Assembly: GCA_041491825.1 (NCBI GenBank)
Contig: JBGPVT010000001.1
Coordinates: forward strand, 1-30,743
Length of the DNA: 30,743 bases
From: Xanthobacteraceae bacterium
GTDB lineage: Bacteria; Pseudomonadota; Alphaproteobacteria; Rhizobiales; Xanthobacteraceae
Reading direction: 5' to 3'
Below, piece by piece: positions 27,284-30,743 of the stretch. The notes below the pieces were generated by a model. The model saw only the letters and a list, made by a program, of their open reading frames with translations, had not been told where the DNA came from and ran no database searches. The translations under genes were made by a program, and so were the position numbers. The number at the start of each line of letters is the position of its first letter. Position 1 is the first letter of the stretch.

Positions 27284-27291
27284 CGCTGCGA

Positions 27292-30200
27292 TCAATGACG
27301 AATTGTATTTGCTACGAATAACCCGTGTGAATGATCGAGGTCGTGACCGCCGCCGAACGCTTGGTTTCTAGCTGCGTTTTGTAGAGGCTGCGACGCGAGC
27401 GACTTTAGCTGTGAAATCATGTGCTGCCGCAGCAGTTCGGAAAACTCGTCAGGGGTGACCGGCCTGCTGAAGAAATAGCCTTGGATCTCGTCACAGCCAT
27501 GATTTCGCAGGAATGCCTCCTGCTCTGGCGTTTCAATTCCCTCAGCGACGACAGTGAGGCCCAGCACTTTGCCCATACTGATAATAGCCTCCGCGATCGC
27601 ATTGTCTTCGGCATTCATAGGTATCTCGCGGATGAACGAGTGATCTATCTTCAGTGTGTCAATCGGGAACCGCTTGAGGTACGCCATCGACGAATAGCCA
27701 GTCCCGAAATCATCAATGGCCAGGCGCACCCCCATTTGTTTGATGGCAGCGAGCAGCTTGATCGCCTGCTCCGCGTTCTGCATCACCATGCTCTCGGTAA
27801 TCTCCAGCTCCAGCAATTCCGGCGCTAGGCCGGTCTCTTGAAGCGCGCTGGCAATGTCTTTGAGTAGGTTTTCGTTGGCGAATTGGCGCGCCGACAAGTT
27901 GACGGCCACACCTATCGGCAACAAGCCCTCTCGCTGCCAGGCCATGTTTTGTGCGCACGCAGTCTCCAACACCCATTTGCCGATCGGCACAATCAACCCC
28001 GTATCTTCAGCCAATGGAATAAACTGCGAGGGTGACAGGTTGCCGAGCTCCGGATGGTGCCAGCGCAACAGTGCTTCAACGCCGGTGATCCGTCCGGTCG
28101 CGAGATTCTGCTTAGGCTGGTAGTGCAAGAAGAACTCGTTGCGCTCCAAGGCATGGCGCAAGCCTGTTTCGAGCTTCAACCGCTCGATCGCTCGCCCCTT
28201 GATATCTCTGGAATAGAACCGGTAGTTGTTCTTGCCTTCGTCTTTGGCGCGATACATGGCGATGTCGGCGTTTTTCATCAGCGATTGCTCGTCCTGCCCG
28301 TCTGCCGAATACATCGAAATGCCGATACTTGCGGTCACCCGGCATTCCTGTCCCATCAGATCGATCGGTTGAATAACAGCGGAAAGGATTTCACGCGCGA
28401 CTGTCTTGACCTGCTCTATCTCGTTCACCCCCTCCACCAACACCACGAACTCGTCGCCTCCAAGGCGAGCAACGGCCTCGTCCGATCGCAGAACTTGAGT
28501 CAGGCGTGCAGCCGTTTCCTTCAGCAGCGTGTCCCCGAGGGCATGACCGAGGGAATCGTTGATGGTTTTGAAGCGGTCAAGGTCGATGAACAGCACGGCG
28601 AATTTTCCGTTACGGCGTCGCGCGGATTCGATCGCAAGATTTAGCATCCGACTAAACTTCGCTCGGTTGGGAATACCCGTAAGTGCGTCATGCGTTGCCA
28701 GGTATTGGATGCGCTGTTCTGAGCGCTTACGGTCGGTAATGTCCTGGGCGACGCCGCGATAACCCTTGAACCGACCATGGTCATTGAACATCGGCTCGCC
28801 ACTAACGTTGAAATAACGATGCTCGCCTTCGAAAATGTAAGATATGACAACGTCGCGGTAGGGCTTGTGGGCCTCTTGTGGTCCGCGGTAGGATTCTGAT
28901 CCGCCATCCACAACATCAAAGCCAATCTCCTCGGCCGTTTTTCCAAGGTAATTTTCGAAAGTCGCTTTTCCGCGACCTTCGAGTCGAATAAAGCGGAAGT
29001 CGCTATCCTGCTCCCAGTACCAATCCGAGGATAACTCAGTCAGGTTGCGGAAACGTTCTTCGCTCTCGCGCAGCGCCTGCTCGGATTGCCGGCGTGCCGT
29101 CACGTCGCGCAACATGCCACGGAACCCAATGGGCTGTCCGTGCGCGTCTTTGATGAGATGAACCGAGCCTTCCACCAGGACTTTACTGCCGTCCTTGCGC
29201 ACCATTGCCCAGTCGTAGCCCATCGTCGGTGTGCCAGTGCGGTAGACATCGTTGAATGTCTTAAAGACGTTGGCCGCCACTTTTGGCGACTGGTAGTCGC
29301 GATTGTTCATCCCTAGCAACTCGTGCTCCGAATACCCGAGCAGCTGGCAGAATGCAGCATTGAATAAGACAAGATTGCCTTTCAGATCGACTTGATAATA
29401 GGGCTCCGCCAGGCTCTCGAGGATGGCGCGGTGCTTCTCTTCGCTTTCACGTAGCGCTTGCTCGACGCGCTTGCGTTCGGTCTCGCGCTCAAAATTATCG
29501 AGCGCAAAGGAGATGTTTTGCGCCATTCGCTCCAGGAGAGCGACGATCTCGTCATCGAAGGCGCGCTTCTCCCCCGAAAAGAAGAGTAATATCCCGGCAG
29601 CGCAACCGCCCTTGAAAACCGGCACCGCGGCGCTGGCCGCGACTCCCTCGACTTGTTCCCGCCAGAGTCGCGTGCGCTCATCTTTGAGATAGTCATTACT
29701 GACGCAAGGTTTTCGCGTCCGAAATGCATTACCAACAAGACCCTGTCCCTCTGGTTTCGCCTCGTCAACTGATACGCGGAGCTCGCGTAGTCGCTCCACG
29801 CCTGTACCGGCAGCCGCCTCGATTCTCATCCAGACCGTCTCGGGATCTGGAATGAGCACCGCCGCGGTGATGAATTTACCGCCGTGCACGGCGGCATCGC
29901 ATACCTGCTGATAAAGCGCCTCGGGCGATTGGGTGCGCATGATCGCTTCGTTGGTGGCGCTGATTGCCGCGTACATCTTGCCGAGCCGTAACGCCGCCTG
30001 CTCGGCGCGCCTGCGCTCGGTGACGTCGCGCGAGCTGGTGACGATGACCCAGCTTCCCCCCATGCGCAGCGCGCGTCGGCTTACTTCGACCCATGCTCCG
30101 CGCCCGTCTTTACCTCGACCGAGAACTTCAGTGGTGAGGCCCTCGTCTCCCTTCGCAATGACCTTATCGTAGATGCGCCGGAGCTCCTTGCGGCCCGTGC

Positions 30201-30741
30201 GCAAAATATCCTGAGGCCCGAGCTTCAACATTTCTTCCCGTGAATAACCAACTTGGCGGCAAGCGGTCTTGTTGAAATCCAAAAAACGCATCGCGACAGG
30301 ATCAACCAAATAGACGGGGTCCCCCGACGTATCCATGGCGGCGCGGAAGCGCAGTAATTCCTCTTCGCGCCGGTATCGCTCCGTAATATCTGAAGCTATT
30401 CCGCGATATCCCCTGAAATAGCTATCAATGTCGAAAACCGGCTGCCCACTGCAACTGATAACGCGCGACTCATTTCGCGCATTAACGTACGTGTAGAGCG
30501 CGTCCTTAAAAGGCTGTCTCGCCTCAAGCTCGGCTTTGTGCGAATTCCAGTTGCCACCTTTAGCGATGGGCTTGGGTCCCCAAAATGCTTTGCCAATAAA
30601 ATCCTTGGCGTCTATCGGCGTGCTTTTCGAATTCGAAGCTTTAAACGTGGTGAAACGATAATTTTCGTCTTGTTCCCAATAGAAATCAGCGACGAGTTCG
30701 AGAAGATCATTGAGAGGCTCCTCGCACGGTCGCAGGGCCCG
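27292..30741 (-). CDS. Multi-PAS/GAF GGDEF-EAL c-di-GMP signalling protein (5' end beyond the window)
   Basis: Frame is open from the window edge to ATG 30336 and adds another PAS (FYWEQDENYRF..FRGYRGIASDIT); then PAS, GAF, PAS, PAS, ARLGGDEF, VEALLRW, DDFGTGYSS. Confidence 0.92.
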   Translation of the reverse strand, partial: RALRPCEEPLNDLLELVADFYWEQDENYRFTTFKASNSKSTPIDAKDFIGKAFWGPKPIAKGGNWNSHKAELEARQPFKDALYTYVNARNESRVISCSGQPVFDIDSYFRGYRGIASDITERYRREEELLRFRAAMDTSGDPVYLVDPVAMRFLDFNKTACRQVGYSREEMLKLGPQDILRTGRKELRRIYDKVIAKGDEGLTTEVLGRGKDGRGAWVEVSRRALRMGGSWVIVTSSRDVTERRRAEQAALRLGKMYAAISATNEAIMRTQSPEALYQQVCDAAVHGGKFITAAVLIPDPETVWMRIEAAAGTGVERLRELRVSVDEAKPEGQGLVGNAFRTRKPCVSNDYLKDERTRLWREQVEGVAASAAVPVFKGGCAAGILLFFSGEKRAFDDEIVALLERMAQNISFALDNFERETERKRVEQALRESEEKHRAILESLAEPYYQVDLKGNLVLFNAAFCQLLGYSEHELLGMNNRDYQSPKVAANVFKTFNDVYRTGTPTMGYDWAMVRKDGSKVLVEGSVHLIKDAHGQPIGFRGMLRDVTARRQSEQALRESEERFRNLTELSSDWYWEQDSDFRFIRLEGRGKATFENYLGKTAEEIGFDVVDGGSESYRGPQEAHKPYRDVVISYIFEGEHRYFNVSGEPMFNDHGRFKGYRGVAQDITDRKRSEQRIQYLATHDALTGIPNRAKFSRMLNLAIESARRRNGKFAVLFIDLDRFKTINDSLGHALGDTLLKETAARLTQVLRSDEAVARLGGDEFVVLVEGVNEIEQVKTVAREILSAVIQPIDLMGQECRVTASIGISMYSADGQDEQSLMKNADIAMYRAKDEGKNNYRFYSRDIKGRAIERLKLETGLRHALERNEFFLHYQPKQNLATGRITGVEALLRWHHPELGNLSPSQFIPLAEDTGLIVPIGKWVLETACAQNMAWQREGLLPIGVAVNLSARQFANENLLKDIASALQETGLAPELLELEITESMVMQNAEQAIKLLAAIKQMGVRLAIDDFGTGYSSMAYLKRFPIDTLKIDHSFIREIPMNAEDNAIAEAIISMGKVLGLTVVAEGIETPEQEAFLRNHGCDEIQGYFFSRPVTPDEFSELLRQHMISQLKSLASQPLQNAARNQAFGGGHDLDHSHGLFVANTIRH

Positions 30742-30743
30742 CT

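Noticed and set aside
19500-30743. Duplicated tRNA-Gln 3' end as attR
   Set aside because: No copy of TTCGAATCCTGGCGCCCCAG was found by eye in the window; it may lie beyond the window or not exist for a serine recombinase

Overview
High-GC alphaproteobacterial (Hyphomicrobiales-like) chromosome segment. Positions 1-18 kb are housekeeping genes, all with intact frames: rlmD-like, DUF1194, ribB(X), aroC, fabI, ECF sigma/anti-sigma, DnaJ-like, pdxH, corA, L,D-transpeptidase, metallophosphoesterase, extensin-like, acyl-CoA ligase, DUF1499, MBL hydrolase and csp. Short palindromic MITE/REP-like elements are interspersed, several bounded by CTAG sites that coincide with TAG stop codons. A divergent tRNA-Pro(CGG)/tRNA-Gln(TTG) pair at 19.3-19.5 kb has visibly more AT-rich accessory DNA on both 3' sides. 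Downstream of tRNA-Gln lies a capsid-less, terminase-encoding integrative module, ParB-DNA methyltransferase > DUF5681 > TerL > DUF2924 > large serine recombinase, with a second csp and a RusA-like gene as cargo. Three of its genes are frame-disrupted: a G8 tract in DUF2924, a frameshift between the TerL ATPase and nuclease domains, and an in-frame TGA in the RusA-like gene. The window ends in a multi-PAS/GAF/GGDEF/EAL gene that runs off the right edge. Family assignments come from motif recognition only; no database searches were run.
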